Below are positions 8,300 to 18,718 of a DNA stretch of 64,000 nucleotides, one piece after another. The stretch lies in the NCBI GenBank assembly GCA_965248355.1, contig OZ252098.1, positions 320,001 through 384,000 on the forward strand, read 5' to 3'. The position numbers and the translations under genes are program-made. Source of the DNA: Candidatus Latescibacterota bacterium. Its GTDB lineage: Bacteria > Latescibacterota > UBA2968 > UBA8231. Positions within the stretch are counted from its first letter, which is position 1; each line of letters begins with the position of its first letter. Below the pieces are notes generated by a model. The model was not told the origin of the DNA. It was given only the letters and a program-made list of their open reading frames with translations, and searched no databases.

Positions 8300-9723
8300 G
8301 GGCAAGTCCCATTTTCAGTTGAAACGTAGCCCAGGCTCGAGTGGATGAGTCAGCCCGTCATCGCGAGCTGCTGGATGCCGAGCTCGGCTTGGAGCGCTTG
8401 CCGGAGCATCGGCAGGTGGTGGTAGCCGTTGACCCGGCGGAGGCGAGGTTCGATGTCAAGCAACGCCGTGGCGACCCAGCGGTGACGCTGCGACGAGTTC
8501 GTCCAGCGCCGCACGTTGTGCGTCAACTGCTCCAGGAGACTGTTGACGTTCTCGATACAGTTGGTGGTACGGAAGGAGGCCTTCAGCATCGGCATCAGGC
8601 CCAGGCGGTGGAGCGTGAGGGTTTCTTGCTGGCCTTCCTCCAAGCTGCGCAGGGCCGACTGGTTCATCAACTGCAACCCCGGTTTCAGCGCCTCCAGGGC
8701 GGCTTGGGCCTCCTCGTACGTCGAGTGCCCATACGCCGCTTCCAGCTTTCGACGAAGGCCGGCCTGCTCGCTCTTGGGCAGGTACGAGACCACGTTCTGG
8801 CGCTTGTGATACTGGCATCGCTGCACGCAGGCATGGCCTTGAAGCACCGACCGCACCGCCTTGTACAGGCCCTTGCCTCCATCGATCACCACGAGCAGCC
8901 CGGCTTCGTATTGCAGGCCCCGCTCGACCAGCTCCGCCAGGAAGCGGCGACAGACGCGCTCGTTCTCGGTGGCCGCCTGCACGAAGCCCAAGGGCACCTT
9001 CTGGCCCTCCAGAGTCACACCCAGGGCGATGAGGATCTCCTCGTCGGCGAAGCTCTTGCCGTCCAGAAACAGCGCCACCAGGTCGTAGCCTTCCAGGGAT
9101 CGCTGCTGGAATTCGGCCAGCTTGCGCGCCGTGCCTTTCACGTACCGGCGAGAGACCGAGGAACGGGACAGACCGAAGGCTTGCGGGACGGTCTCGGCGC
9201 AGGCCTCGTAGTTGCGCGTGGCCAAGCCCTTCAGCACCCGCAACAACAGCCCCTGGTCCATCTGCCTCGGCGTCTGCAGGGCCTGATAGGCCTCCAGCGG
9301 GACCTCGGTGCCGCGGACCACATCGCGCACGCGCGGCACCTCGACCGGCAGTTTCTGATCGCCCAGGTACACCGACCCGGCCTGCGCCCCCCAGCGGCGC
9401 AACGCCTGATCCGGACCCTTGCGCTGATACCGAGGTCCGGCCAAGGCCTCGACCGACTGCTGCAGCTCCTCCGAGACCGCCTGCAGACCCAAAGGGATCA
9501 GCAGCTGGATGACCTCGATGCGAGTCTCCAGATCGTCCATCGACGCGGTGGCTTGGCGGTTCACGGGGCCGATGGCCACGGTCCGTTTGACGCCCTTCTT
9601 CCGTGCTTGTAGCTTGCTCATGGCAGGCTCCTTGGGTTACCGATACGAGGCTTCTTGGGGATTTCTCGTATCAAACGTAACGATGGGAGCCTGTGCTATT
9701 TCAACTAAGATCGGGACAATGCC
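8300..9723 (-). mobile_element. IS256-family element
   Basis: IRs GGGCAAGTCCCATTTTCAGTTGAAA and (reverse complement) GGCATTGTCCCGATCTTAGTTGAAA. Flanks TTGCTGAA and TAGTTGAA match at 6/8. Confidence 0.85.
8350..9621 (-). CDS. IS256-family (Mutator) transposase
   Basis: LFLDGK, VVIDGGKGL, QRCQYHK and RTTNCIENVN. Confidence 0.92.
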   Translation of the reverse strand: MSKLQARKKGVKRTVAIGPVNRQATASMDDLETRIEVIQLLIPLGLQAVSEELQQSVEALAGPRYQRKGPDQALRRWGAQAGSVYLGDQKLPVEVPRVRDVVRGTEVPLEAYQALQTPRQMDQGLLLRVLKGLATRNYEACAETVPQAFGLSRSSVSRRYVKGTARKLAEFQQRSLEGYDLVALFLDGKSFADEEILIALGVTLEGQKVPLGFVQAATENERVCRRFLAELVERGLQYEAGLLVVIDGGKGLYKAVRSVLQGHACVQRCQYHKRQNVVSYLPKSEQAGLRRKLEAAYGHSTYEEAQAALEALKPGLQLMNQSALRSLEEGQQETLTLHRLGLMPMLKASFRTTNCIENVNSLLEQLTHNVRRWTNSSQRHRWVATALLDIEPRLRRVNGYHHLPMLRQALQAELGIQQLAMTG

Positions 9724-10835
9724 TAGTTGAATCGTTGCGATGCGTCGGTCCAGACACTGCCGGGACAGCATCTTCAACCCGATTTCGGCCATGTTGAGCC
9801 AACTGCCCCGTTTCGGGGTGAAATGAATGTCGATCTTGTCGGCGATGCGTTTGGCCTCGGCCGGCGCAAAGACATCGTACAACGCCGCCTTCTGGTGCGA
9901 ACTCAGGTTGTCCATGACCAAGGTCAGGCGCTCGGCCTCCGGGTAGTAGCGGTCGACCAGGTCTTTCATCACCCGAGCCCAATCTTTCTTGGTGCGCTGC
10001 TGCGTGACCTGGACGTGGCAGCGGCCGGTGAGCGGTTCCAGCATCATGAAGACGTTGGCCACGCCCTGGCGGACATAATGATGATCATACCGGGCCGGAT
10101 GGCCCGGAATCGCCGGCCGAGGGGCCTGCACCTCGCCCACCAGTTGTTTGCTGGTCTCGTCCAGGCAGACCGTGGGATGTTGGGGACGGTTTCCGGGCTG
10201 ACCCGGTCGACCACTTCCAAGGCCACCAGGCGGTCGGCCAGCAATCGGAGGGTCCAGCCCTTTCTCCCCTCCGGCGGCGGACTGCAGGCCAGCGCGACGA
10301 GACGAGCCTCGCCTTCCCCGTCGATCTTCTTGGCCCGGCGATTCTTCTGCTCCTTGCGCTGCAGGGCGGCCTCCAGGCCTTCTTCGACGAATCGCCTGCG
10401 TAGACGCTCGACCGTGCTGGGATGGACCTCGAGCGCCGGCCCGATCCGTTCGTCGGTCCAGCCCTCTCCCTGCGGTCCTTGATCCGTCTTCAGGAGAAGG
10501 CGCGCATGCCGCTGCTTGAAAGCCGCCGCTTTCCCCTTGGAGATCAGATCGCGCAACCCGGTGCGCTCCTCGGCTGTGAGAGTGACGATGTATCTCTTCT
10601 TGGGCAACGCCGTACTCCTTTTCCAACAAAGGGGATGGGGAAAAAGGATACGGCTGCCACTCTTGTTCCGCAATTCTAAGTGGATTGACCACTAGGGTCC
10701 CGTTGCCCAGGCCCGCCGGGGCTCGTCCGAGCGAGGTGCTCGAAGGACGCTTGGCGGCACGGTCTCTCGTCCGCCGGACGGCCCTCCCCGTCTACGGACC
10801 TCGGTCCTGACCCGGCCGGCGCCGGAGAGTTCCCC

Positions 10836-11843
10836 GTGCCCGATGCGCATTCCGCCGTCCCGACGATTACGGCGGTGGAGCGCGCTCTGCCCGACAAGAT
10901 CGTCACCAACCTCGATCTCGAGCGCCTCGTGGACAGCTCCGATGCCTGGATCCGCGAGCGAACCGGCATCCGCGAGCGCAGGATTCTGGAGGACTCCGGA
11001 ACCTCTGCCCTGGCCACCCAGGTCGCCGAAGGCTTGCTCCGGCGCACCCGGACGGCCGCCGACGAGGTCGACCTGATCATCGTGGCGACCATGACGCCCG
11101 ACATGCTCCTGCCGTCCACGGCCTGTCTCGTGCAAGCGGCCATCGGCGCCACCGGCGCCTGGGCCTTCGATCTGCAGGCCGCCTGCTCGGGGTTCGTGTA
11201 CGCCCTGGTCTCCGGTGCCCAGTTCATCGCCACCGGGGCGCACCGGAAGGTGATGGTCATCGGCGCCGACAAGATGAGCGCCGTGGTGGATCCCACCGAC
11301 CGCGCCACCTGCGTCCTCTTCGGCGACGGGGCCGGAGGGGTCCTGCTCGAGCCGGCGCCGCGGGAGGGCGAGGGCCTCCTGGACTTCGAGCTTCATGCCG
11401 ACGGCCGGGGGGGCGGCGACCTGTTCATCCACGCCGGCGGCAGTCTGCACCCCGCCACCGAAGAGACGGTGGCGGCCAGGCAGCACTTCCTGCACCAGGA
11501 GGGGCGGGCGGTCTTCCGGTTCGCCATTCAGCGGATGGCGGAGGTCTCGCTGTCGCTGCTGGAGCGCAACGGACTGACCCCGAAAGACCTGAAGCTGTTC
11601 GTCCCGCACCAGGCGAACCAGCGGATCATCAACGCCACCGCCGAGCGCATGGGGTTGGAACCGGAGCGTGTTTTCAGCAACATCGAGCGCTACGCCAACA
11701 CCACGGCGGGGACCGTGCCCATCGCCCTCTCCGAGGCGGCGGAGGAGGGCCGTCTGGCGCCCGGCGACCTCGTGCAGCTGACGGCGGTCGGCGCCGGCCT
11801 CACCTGGGGCAGCGTTCTGCTGCGCTGGGGGCGGGTCTCGTGA
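10836..11843 (+). CDS. fabH: Beta-ketoacyl-ACP synthase III
   Basis: WIRERTGIRERR, AACSGF, FGDGAG, PHQANQRI and YANT. Confidence 0.95.
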   Translation: MPDAHSAVPTITAVERALPDKIVTNLDLERLVDSSDAWIRERTGIRERRILEDSGTSALATQVAEGLLRRTRTAADEVDLIIVATMTPDMLLPSTACLVQAAIGATGAWAFDLQAACSGFVYALVSGAQFIATGAHRKVMVIGADKMSAVVDPTDRATCVLFGDGAGGVLLEPAPREGEGLLDFELHADGRGGGDLFIHAGGSLHPATEETVAARQHFLHQEGRAVFRFAIQRMAEVSLSLLERNGLTPKDLKLFVPHQANQRIINATAERMGLEPERVFSNIERYANTTAGTVPIALSEAAEEGRLAPGDLVQLTAVGAGLTWGSVLLRWGRVS

Positions 11844-12766
11844 ACGGCGAGCGGGCCTTTCTCTTTCCCGGCCAGGCCTCCCAGTTCGTGGGCATGGGGG
11901 CCGATCTCCGGGAGCGTTTCCCCGAGGTCCGGGAGCTCTACGAGGAGGCCGACGGGATCCTCGGTTTCGAGCTGTCCAGAGTCTGCTTCCAGGGGCCCAT
12001 GGAACGGCTCAGCCAGACCGAGATCACGCAGCCGGCCGTCTACGTGCACAGCGTCGCCGCCGCCCGCCTGCTGGCCGCCCGCGGCATCCACCCGGACGCG
12101 GTGGCCGGCCACAGCCTGGGCGAGTACTCCGCCCTGACCGCCGCCGGCGTGCTGGAATTCCCGGAGGGCCTGGCCCTGGTGCAGACCCGGGGGCGCCTGA
12201 TGCAGGCCGCCGGCGTCGAGCGGCCGGGCCGGATGGCCGCCGTGATCGGCCTCGACGATGCCGTCGTGACCGGCCTGTGCGAGGAAATCGGCCCGCAGGT
12301 GGTGCCCGCCAATTTCAACGCCCCGGGCCAGGTGGTTCTGTCCGGAGAGGCCGACGCGGTGGCCGGGGCGATGGCCGCCGCCGAGGAGGCGGGCGCCCGG
12401 CGCGTCATCGAGTTGCCGGTGAGCGGTGCCTTCCATTCCCCCCTCATGGGGTCCGCCGCCGAAGGACTGGCGCCGCGACTGGCGGCGACCCGGTTCCGCC
12501 CGCCGTCGGTGCCGGTGGTGACCAACGTGACCGCCGCGCCCGAGACCGACCCACAGGCCCTCAGGCGGCGGCTGCTCGAGCAGATGACGGCGCCCGTGCG
12601 CTGGACTGAGTCGGTGCGGGCCCTGTCGTCCATGGGGGTGGACAGGGCCTTCGAGGTGGGTCCCGGCAGCGTGCTGAAGAGCTTGGTGCGCCGCATCCTT
12701 CGCGACCTGAAGGTGGAGACCGCCGGAACGGCCGAGGAGATGGGCGGCCTCGAAAGCGGTGTCTGA
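11840..12766 (+). CDS. fabD: Malonyl-CoA:ACP transacylase
   Basis: FPGQASQ, GHSLGEY and VSGAFHS. Confidence 0.95.
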   Translation: MNGERAFLFPGQASQFVGMGADLRERFPEVRELYEEADGILGFELSRVCFQGPMERLSQTEITQPAVYVHSVAAARLLAARGIHPDAVAGHSLGEYSALTAAGVLEFPEGLALVQTRGRLMQAAGVERPGRMAAVIGLDDAVVTGLCEEIGPQVVPANFNAPGQVVLSGEADAVAGAMAAAEEAGARRVIELPVSGAFHSPLMGSAAEGLAPRLAATRFRPPSVPVVTNVTAAPETDPQALRRRLLEQMTAPVRWTESVRALSSMGVDRAFEVGPGSVLKSLVRRILRDLKVETAGTAEEMGGLESGV

Positions 12767-12781
12767 GAAAGGAAGGGACCC

Positions 12782-13528
12782 ATGGCAGGTCTCGACGGCA
12801 AAGTAGCCTTGGTCACCGGCGGATCCCGCGGCATCGGGCGGGCGATCGCCCTGCGGCTGGCGGCCGACGGCGCCGCCGTGGCCGTGTGCGCGCGCACGGA
12901 GTCGGCGGCGGCGGCCACGGCCGGGGAGATCGCCGCCCTGGGTGTGCGGGCGCTGGCCTGCACGGCGGACGTCTCCGACGGCGACCAGGCCGCCGCCACG
13001 GTCAAGCGGACGATCGCCGAGCTGGGAGGCATCCACATCCTCGTCAACAACGCCGGCATCCGGCGGGACAATCTGCTGATCCGCATGAAGGAGGAGGATT
13101 GGGATGCGGTGCTGGCGACCAATCTCAGGGGCGCCTTTCACTGCACCAAGGCGGCGGCCCGGCCGATGATGAGGGCCCGGGGTGGACGGATCATCTCCAT
13201 CTCCTCCGTGGCGGGCCTCGTGGGCAACGCCGGGCAGTCCAACTACGCGGCCTCGAAGGCGGGATTGATCGGGTTCACCAAGAGTCTGGCCCGGGAGATG
13301 GCTTCCCGCGGCGTCACGGTGAACGTCGTGGCGCCCGGATACGTGCCGGACACGGGCATGACGACCGATCTGCCGGAGGAGGCCGTCCAGCACCTGATGT
13401 CCCATGTGCCCCTGGGCCGGGCGGGCGCGCCGGAGGAGGTGGCCGACGCCGTGGCTTTTCTCGCCTCGGAGCGGGCCTCCTATATCACCGGCCAGGTGCT
13501 GGCCGTCGACGGCGGGATGACGATGTAG
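12782..13528 (+). CDS. fabG: 3-oxoacyl-ACP reductase
   Basis: TGGSRGIG, NNAGI, YAASKAG and VDGGM. Confidence 0.95.
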   Translation: MAGLDGKVALVTGGSRGIGRAIALRLAADGAAVAVCARTESAAAATAGEIAALGVRALACTADVSDGDQAAATVKRTIAELGGIHILVNNAGIRRDNLLIRMKEEDWDAVLATNLRGAFHCTKAAARPMMRARGGRIISISSVAGLVGNAGQSNYAASKAGLIGFTKSLAREMASRGVTVNVVAPGYVPDTGMTTDLPEEAVQHLMSHVPLGRAGAPEEVADAVAFLASERASYITGQVLAVDGGMTM

Positions 13529-13621
13529 CCGCGCCCTCCGCGCAGGCCGGATCTTCCCGGTTGCGCCGCGTCAGACCCCTGCATATATAGGTGAGCCGCC
13601 CAGACAAAGGAGGAGACCTGA

Positions 13622-13861
13622 ATGGCAACCATCGAAGAGCGGGTGCGCGACCTGATCGTCGAACAACTCGGTGTCAACTCCGAGCAGGTGACCAAGGAAG
13701 CGTCCTTCATCGATGACCTCGGAGCCGATTCGCTCGACACGGTCGAGCTGGTCATGGCCTTCGAGGAGGCGTTCGGGATCGATATCCCCGACGAGGACGC
13801 CGAGAAGATCGCCTCCGTCACCGACGCGATTCAGTACCTCGAAGAGAACGCCAAGACCTGA
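13622..13861 (+). CDS. acpP: Acyl carrier protein
   Basis: [14 protein letters not shown]; strong AAGGAGGAG RBS. Confidence 0.97.
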   Translation: MATIEERVRDLIVEQLGVNSEQVTKEASFIDDLGADSLDTVELVMAFEEAFGIDIPDEDAEKIASVTDAIQYLEENAKT

Positions 13862-13874
13862 GGCGGCACTCGAC

Positions 13875-15116
13875 ATGGCGCGGCGGAGAGCGGTGGTCAC
13901 CGGCTTGGGCGTGCTGGCCCCCAACGGCAACGATCCCGTCGCCTTCTGGGACGCCCTGACCAACGGTCGTTCCGGCATCGGGCCGATCACGCGCTTCGAC
14001 ACCTCCGGTCAAAAGGTCACAATCGCCGGGGAGGTCAAGGGATTTGACCCCGAGGCTTCCCTCGGCCGCAAGGAGGTTCGCCGCAACGATCCCTTCGTCC
14101 ACTACGGTGTGCACGCGGCCACCCAGGCCTTTGCCAACTCCGGCCTCGACATGGACCGCCTCCGGCCCGAGCGCGTCGGGGTCATCTTCGGCTCCGGCAT
14201 CGGCGGCATCTCGACCTTGGAGGATCAGCATACCGTACTCACCGAGCGCGGTCCGGGGCGCCTGAGCCCCTTCTTCGTTCCCATGATCATCAGCGACATG
14301 GCGGCGGGGATGATCTCCATCAAGCTCGGCGCCCGGGGCCCGAACTACACCACCGTGTCGGCCTGCGCCTCGGCGGCCCACGCCATCGGCGAGGCGGGGC
14401 GCAAGATCCAGTACGGCGACGCCGACGTGATGGTCACCGGCGGCTCCGAGGCCGCCGTCACCCCCCTGTCCGTGGCCGGCTTCGCCGCGGCGCGAGCCTT
14501 GGCCTCGCGCAACGGCGAGCCGGAGCGGGCGAGCCGGCCCTTCGACGCCGACCGCAACGGCTTCGTTCTCGGCGAGGGGGCGGGAGCCCTGGTCCTGGAG
14601 GAGTACGAGCATGCCCGCCGCCGCGGCGCCGAGATCTACGGGGTGTTCCGCGGACTCGGATTCACCGCCGACGCCTACCACATCACCGAGATGGCGCCCG
14701 GAGGAGAGGGCGGCGCCAGGGCCATGCGCCTGGCCCTGGAGGACGCCCGCCTGGAGCCGGGGGCCATCGGCTACGTCAACGCCCACGGCACCTCGACCGT
14801 TGTCGGGGACCCGCAGGAGACGGCGGCCCTGAAGACGGTCTTCGGCGACCGGGTGCGGGGCCTGGCCGTGAGCTCCACGAAGTCCATGACCGGCCATCTC
14901 CTAGGCGCCGCGGGCGCCATCGAGAGCATCGCCTGCCTGCTGGCCATCAGGCACGGCGTGCTGCCGCCGACGATCAACTACGACACCCCCGACCCGGCCT
15001 GCGACCTCGACTACGTAGCCAACGAGGCGCGCGAGGTCCGGGTGGACGGCGTCATGAGCAACTCCTTCGGTTTCGGCGGCCACAACGCGGCCCTCGTCTT
15101 CAGCCGCGCCGCCTGA
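13875..15116 (+). CDS. fabF: Beta-ketoacyl-ACP synthase II
   Basis: RRAVVTGLG, SACAS, NAHGTST, KSMTGHLLGAAG and NSFGFGGHN; ATG at 13875. Confidence 0.95.
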   Translation: MARRRAVVTGLGVLAPNGNDPVAFWDALTNGRSGIGPITRFDTSGQKVTIAGEVKGFDPEASLGRKEVRRNDPFVHYGVHAATQAFANSGLDMDRLRPERVGVIFGSGIGGISTLEDQHTVLTERGPGRLSPFFVPMIISDMAAGMISIKLGARGPNYTTVSACASAAHAIGEAGRKIQYGDADVMVTGGSEAAVTPLSVAGFAAARALASRNGEPERASRPFDADRNGFVLGEGAGALVLEEYEHARRRGAEIYGVFRGLGFTADAYHITEMAPGGEGGARAMRLALEDARLEPGAIGYVNAHGTSTVVGDPQETAALKTVFGDRVRGLAVSSTKSMTGHLLGAAGAIESIACLLAIRHGVLPPTINYDTPDPACDLDYVANEAREVRVDGVMSNSFGFGGHNAALVFSRAA

Positions 15117-15151
15117 GGTCCCCCTTGTACCCGGATCCTCCCCGCCCGCGG

Positions 15152-15907
15152 ATGGGTTGGATTCGCGCCGCCCTCGGCCGGCTCGCGCCGAGGCCACCGG
15201 TGGCCGAGTTCCCGAGGTCGGGGATCCGCGCTCTCGAGGGCCGGCTCGGGTACCGCTTCCGCGATCCGCGCCGGCTCGCCCACGCCCTCAAGCACCGTTC
15301 CTTCGTGTACGCCAACCAGGGTGAGGGGGTCGATGCCAACGAGCGACTGGAATACCTCGGCGACGCCGTGCTCGACCTGGTGGTGGCCGACTACCTCTTC
15401 CGACGCTACGAGGACCGGCGCGAGGGGGATCTGACCCAGATGAAGTCCCTGGTCGTGAGCCGCGCCGTGCTCGCCCGCCGGGCGCGCACTATCGATCTCG
15501 GCCGCCACATCCTGCTCAGTCCCGAGGAGCGCGCCGCCGGGGGTGCTGACCAGGATTCCATCCTGAGCGACGCCTTCGAGGCCGTCATCGGCGCCCTCTA
15601 CCTCGATGGCGGGCTGCGGCCGGCGCGAGGGTTCGTCGAGACCGTCGTCCTCCACGACATCGAGTCCCTGGTCCTTCGGGAGGATTCGGTCAACTTCAAG
15701 AGCAGGCTCCTCGAGCACGTGCAGGGCCTGGGTGAAGGGCATCCGCGGTACCAGGTGCAGGACGAGCGGGGGCCCGACCACGAGAAGGTCTTCAGTGTCG
15801 ATGTGAGCGTCACCGGTCAGACCATCGGCCGGGGGCATGGGCGCTCCAAGAAGGAGGCTCAGCAGATGGCCGCCCGCGACGCGCTGCAGAGTCTCGGGCA
15901 GATCTGA
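15152..15907 (+). CDS. rnc: Ribonuclease III
   Basis: NERLEYLGDAVL, DAFEAVIGALYLD and dsRBD GPDHEKVF..SKKEAQQ. Confidence 0.95.
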   Translation: MGWIRAALGRLAPRPPVAEFPRSGIRALEGRLGYRFRDPRRLAHALKHRSFVYANQGEGVDANERLEYLGDAVLDLVVADYLFRRYEDRREGDLTQMKSLVVSRAVLARRARTIDLGRHILLSPEERAAGGADQDSILSDAFEAVIGALYLDGGLRPARGFVETVVLHDIESLVLREDSVNFKSRLLEHVQGLGEGHPRYQVQDERGPDHEKVFSVDVSVTGQTIGRGHGRSKKEAQQMAARDALQSLGQI

Positions 15908-16725
15908 TGTCCCTGCGTTTCCTGGACACGGGGGAGCTGCCCGGGGCGCTGAACATGGCCGTGGACGACGTGCTCCTCGACGAGGCCCGCGCCGGCGGCG
16001 GGCCGATCCTGCGCACCTACGGATGGAGTCCACCGGCGGTCAGCCTCGGTTTCGGACAGCGCGCCCTCGAGGCCGTCGACGTCGGCCGCTGCCGCGATCT
16101 CGGCATCGACGTGGTGCGCCGTCCCACCGGCGGCCGGGCCGTCCTCCACTGGAACGAGATCACCTACAGCTTTCACTGCTCCGAGGGCGAGGGCCCGGCG
16201 GCCCATCCCCTGCCGGAGGCCTGCCGCATCCTCGGCGAGTGCCTGGCCGAGGGCTTGCGGCGCGGCGGTGTCGAGGCGGAGCTGGCGCCCGGGGGGCGGG
16301 CCGGCGGAAGGCACGGAGCTTGCTTTGCCAGCGCCTCCCGTTGGGAGTTGACCTGCGGTGGCCGCAAGCTGGTGGGCAGCGCCCAGCGCCGTACGCGGGG
16401 AGCCCTGCTGCAGCACGGCTCCCTGCTCGCCGGCCCCGAGCACCTGCGCCTGGCGGAGTTGATTCCTCCCCCGGCGCGCGCAGACCCTTCCCTGGAGGCC
16501 TCGAGCACGCACTTGGCCGAGTGCGCGGAGAAGCCGCTGGACAGGGAGTTCCTGGTGGACTGCCTGGCCGCCGGCTTCGGTGAGGTCCTCGGCCTGCCGG
16601 TGCGCGAGGAGCCGCTGACCCCCATGGAGCGGCAGCGGGCCGAGATCCTGGCCCGGGAGACCTACGGCACGGCCGGGCACGCCCTGCGGTCGACGGCCCC
16701 CCTTCGGCGGCAGGCACCTCGGTGA
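15907..16725 (+). CDS. Lipoate-protein ligase / octanoyltransferase (LipM/LplA-like)
   Basis: [29 protein letters not shown] and LQHGS. Confidence 0.85.
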   Translation: MSLRFLDTGELPGALNMAVDDVLLDEARAGGGPILRTYGWSPPAVSLGFGQRALEAVDVGRCRDLGIDVVRRPTGGRAVLHWNEITYSFHCSEGEGPAAHPLPEACRILGECLAEGLRRGGVEAELAPGGRAGGRHGACFASASRWELTCGGRKLVGSAQRRTRGALLQHGSLLAGPEHLRLAELIPPPARADPSLEASSTHLAECAEKPLDREFLVDCLAAGFGEVLGLPVREEPLTPMERQRAEILARETYGTAGHALRSTAPLRRQAPR

Positions 16726-17699
16726 GCGACGGGCCGGTCCTGGAGATTCGCGGTCTGCGCACCTGGTTCCGCACCGAAGCCGGCGTCGGACGGGCTGTCG
16801 ACGGCCTCTCCTTGCACCTTGGCCGGGGCGAGACCCTGGGGCTGGTGGGGGAGAGCGGCTGCGGCAAGAGCCTCGCCGCCCTGTCCGTGCTGCGCCTGGT
16901 GGCTCCGCCGGGGCGAATCGAGGGCGGTCGCGTCCGGCTCCGGGGACGCGATCTGCTCGGCCTGGACGAGGAGGAGATGCGCGGCGTCCGGGGCAACGAG
17001 ATCGCCATGATCTTCCAGGAGCCGATGACCAGCCTCAACCCCGTTCTGACCTGCGGCGACCAGATCGCCGAGGCCGTCCGGCGGCACCAGGATGTGGGCC
17101 GCCAGGAGGCCCGGGAGCGAGCCGTCGACATGATGCGGAGAGTCGGCATCCCGGCGCCGGAGCAGCGCGTCGACGAGTACCCGCACCAGCTCAGCGGCGG
17201 TATGCGGCAGCGGGTCATGATCGCCATGGCCCTGTCCTGCAACCCGGACGTGCTCATCGCCGACGAGCCGACCACGGCCCTCGACGTGACCACCCAGGCC
17301 CAGATCCTCGACCTGCTGCAGCGGCTGCAGGCCGAGTTCCGCATGGCCGTCCTGCTCATCACGCACGACCTCGGGGTCGTGGCCGAGGTCGCCGACCGGG
17401 TGGCCGTCATGTACGCGGGCCGCATCGTGGAGACGGCGGAGACGGCGCGTCTCTTCGCCAGTCCCCGCCATCCCTACACGAGAGGGTTGCTGCGCTCGGT
17501 CCCTCAGCTCGAAGGCCCGCTGCGCCGGCTGGAGGTCATCCCCGGCCGCGTCCCGGAGGCCACCGACTTTCCCGGGGGTTGCCGGTTTCATCCGCGCTGT
17601 CCGCTGGCGGAGGACCGCTGTCGCAGTCAGGCTCCGGTCCTCGAGGAGGTCGCCCCGGGGCACGGGACGGCGTGCTGGAGATGGGATGCCACCGGCTGA
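16722..17699 (+). CDS. Oligo/dipeptide ABC transporter ATP-binding subunit (OppD/DppD-like)
   Basis: [28 protein letters not shown] and GCRFHPRC. Confidence 0.92.
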   Translation: MSDGPVLEIRGLRTWFRTEAGVGRAVDGLSLHLGRGETLGLVGESGCGKSLAALSVLRLVAPPGRIEGGRVRLRGRDLLGLDEEEMRGVRGNEIAMIFQEPMTSLNPVLTCGDQIAEAVRRHQDVGRQEARERAVDMMRRVGIPAPEQRVDEYPHQLSGGMRQRVMIAMALSCNPDVLIADEPTTALDVTTQAQILDLLQRLQAEFRMAVLLITHDLGVVAEVADRVAVMYAGRIVETAETARLFASPRHPYTRGLLRSVPQLEGPLRRLEVIPGRVPEATDFPGGCRFHPRCPLAEDRCRSQAPVLEEVAPGHGTACWRWDATG

Positions 17700-18711
17700 G
17701 GCCGTGGGACCCCTCGTGGAGACCCGCGACCTGAGCAAGCGCTTCCCGGTCCGCCGGGGGGCCTGGGGGCGGGTGCGCGGCTGGGTGCGCGCCGTGGACG
17801 GCGTCTCCCTCCAGGTCTGGCCCGGGGAAACCCTCGGCGTCGTCGGCGAGAGCGGCTGCGGCAAGACGACCCTGGGCCGGCTGATCCTCCGCCTCCTCGA
17901 CGCCACCTCGGGGGCGGCGTACTTTCAGGGCCGGAATCTGGGGGAGCTCGAAGGCCGGGAGCTGCGGTCCCTGCGGCGGCACATGCAGATCGTGTTCCAG
18001 GATCCGTACAGCTCCCTGAATCCGAGGATGCGTGTCCGCACCCTCCTCGGGGAAGGGCTCCGGATCCACGGAATCGCCCGAGGCCCGAGGATGTCCGAAC
18101 GGGTGGCCGAGCTTCTGGACATGGTCGGCCTTCCGGCCGGTGCGGCGGCCCGGTATCCCCACGAGTTCAGCGGGGGACAGCGGCAACGGATCGGCATCGC
18201 CCGGGCGCTGGCCGTGAATCCGGCCTTCATCGTGGCCGATGAGCCGGTCTCCGCCCTTGATGTCTCCGTGCAGGGGCAGATCGTGAATCTGCTCCAGGAC
18301 ATCCAGCGCGATCTCGGGCTCACGTACCTCTTCATCGCCCACGATCTCGGCGTGATCCGTCACGTCGCCGACCGCGTGGCCGTGATGTACCTGGGGCGTA
18401 TCGTGGAGATTGCCACCCGGGACCAGTTGTTCGCTTCGCCCAGCCATCCCTACACGCGGGCGCTGATGGCCGCCGTGCCGGTTCCGGATCCGGCGGCCAG
18501 CCGCCGGCGGGTGGTGCTGGGCGGGGATGTCCCGAGCCCCGCCCGCGTGCCGCCGGGATGCCCCTTCCACCCCCGCTGCCCCGAGGCCCGCGACCGCTGC
18601 CGCCGGGAGGTGCCCGGTCTCGTCGATCCGGGAGACGGACGGCGCGTGGCGTGCCTTCTGAGAGACCCAGCGTCAGGCCCGGGCAGGGCGGGCGCGACAC
18701 AGGAAAGCTGA
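17686..18711 (+). CDS. Oligo/dipeptide ABC transporter ATP-binding subunit (OppF/DppF-like)
   Basis: [24 protein letters not shown] and GCPFHPRC. Confidence 0.92.
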   Translation: MPPAEAVGPLVETRDLSKRFPVRRGAWGRVRGWVRAVDGVSLQVWPGETLGVVGESGCGKTTLGRLILRLLDATSGAAYFQGRNLGELEGRELRSLRRHMQIVFQDPYSSLNPRMRVRTLLGEGLRIHGIARGPRMSERVAELLDMVGLPAGAAARYPHEFSGGQRQRIGIARALAVNPAFIVADEPVSALDVSVQGQIVNLLQDIQRDLGLTYLFIAHDLGVIRHVADRVAVMYLGRIVEIATRDQLFASPSHPYTRALMAAVPVPDPAASRRRVVLGGDVPSPARVPPGCPFHPRCPEARDRCRREVPGLVDPGDGRRVACLLRDPASGPGRAGATQES

Positions 18712-18718
18712 CGCACTT

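Larger units (their letters stand above)
8163..10607 (-). pseudogene. IS630 transposase, split by IS256 and internally deleted
   Basis: N-terminal HTH KKRYIVTLT..WTLRLLA (TTG at 10607 with AAGGAG), DDE part VCLDETSKQL..MDNLSSH..SWLNMAEI, and C-terminus WRFTTEKARIKLHRLYP at 8163-8297. Confidence 0.85.
8158..10692 (-). mobile_element. IS630-family element, interrupted by IS256
   Basis: Terminal IRs GTGGTTCATCCA (8158..) and TGGATTGACCAC (..10692), with TA duplicated at 8156-8157 and 10693-10694. Confidence 0.9.
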
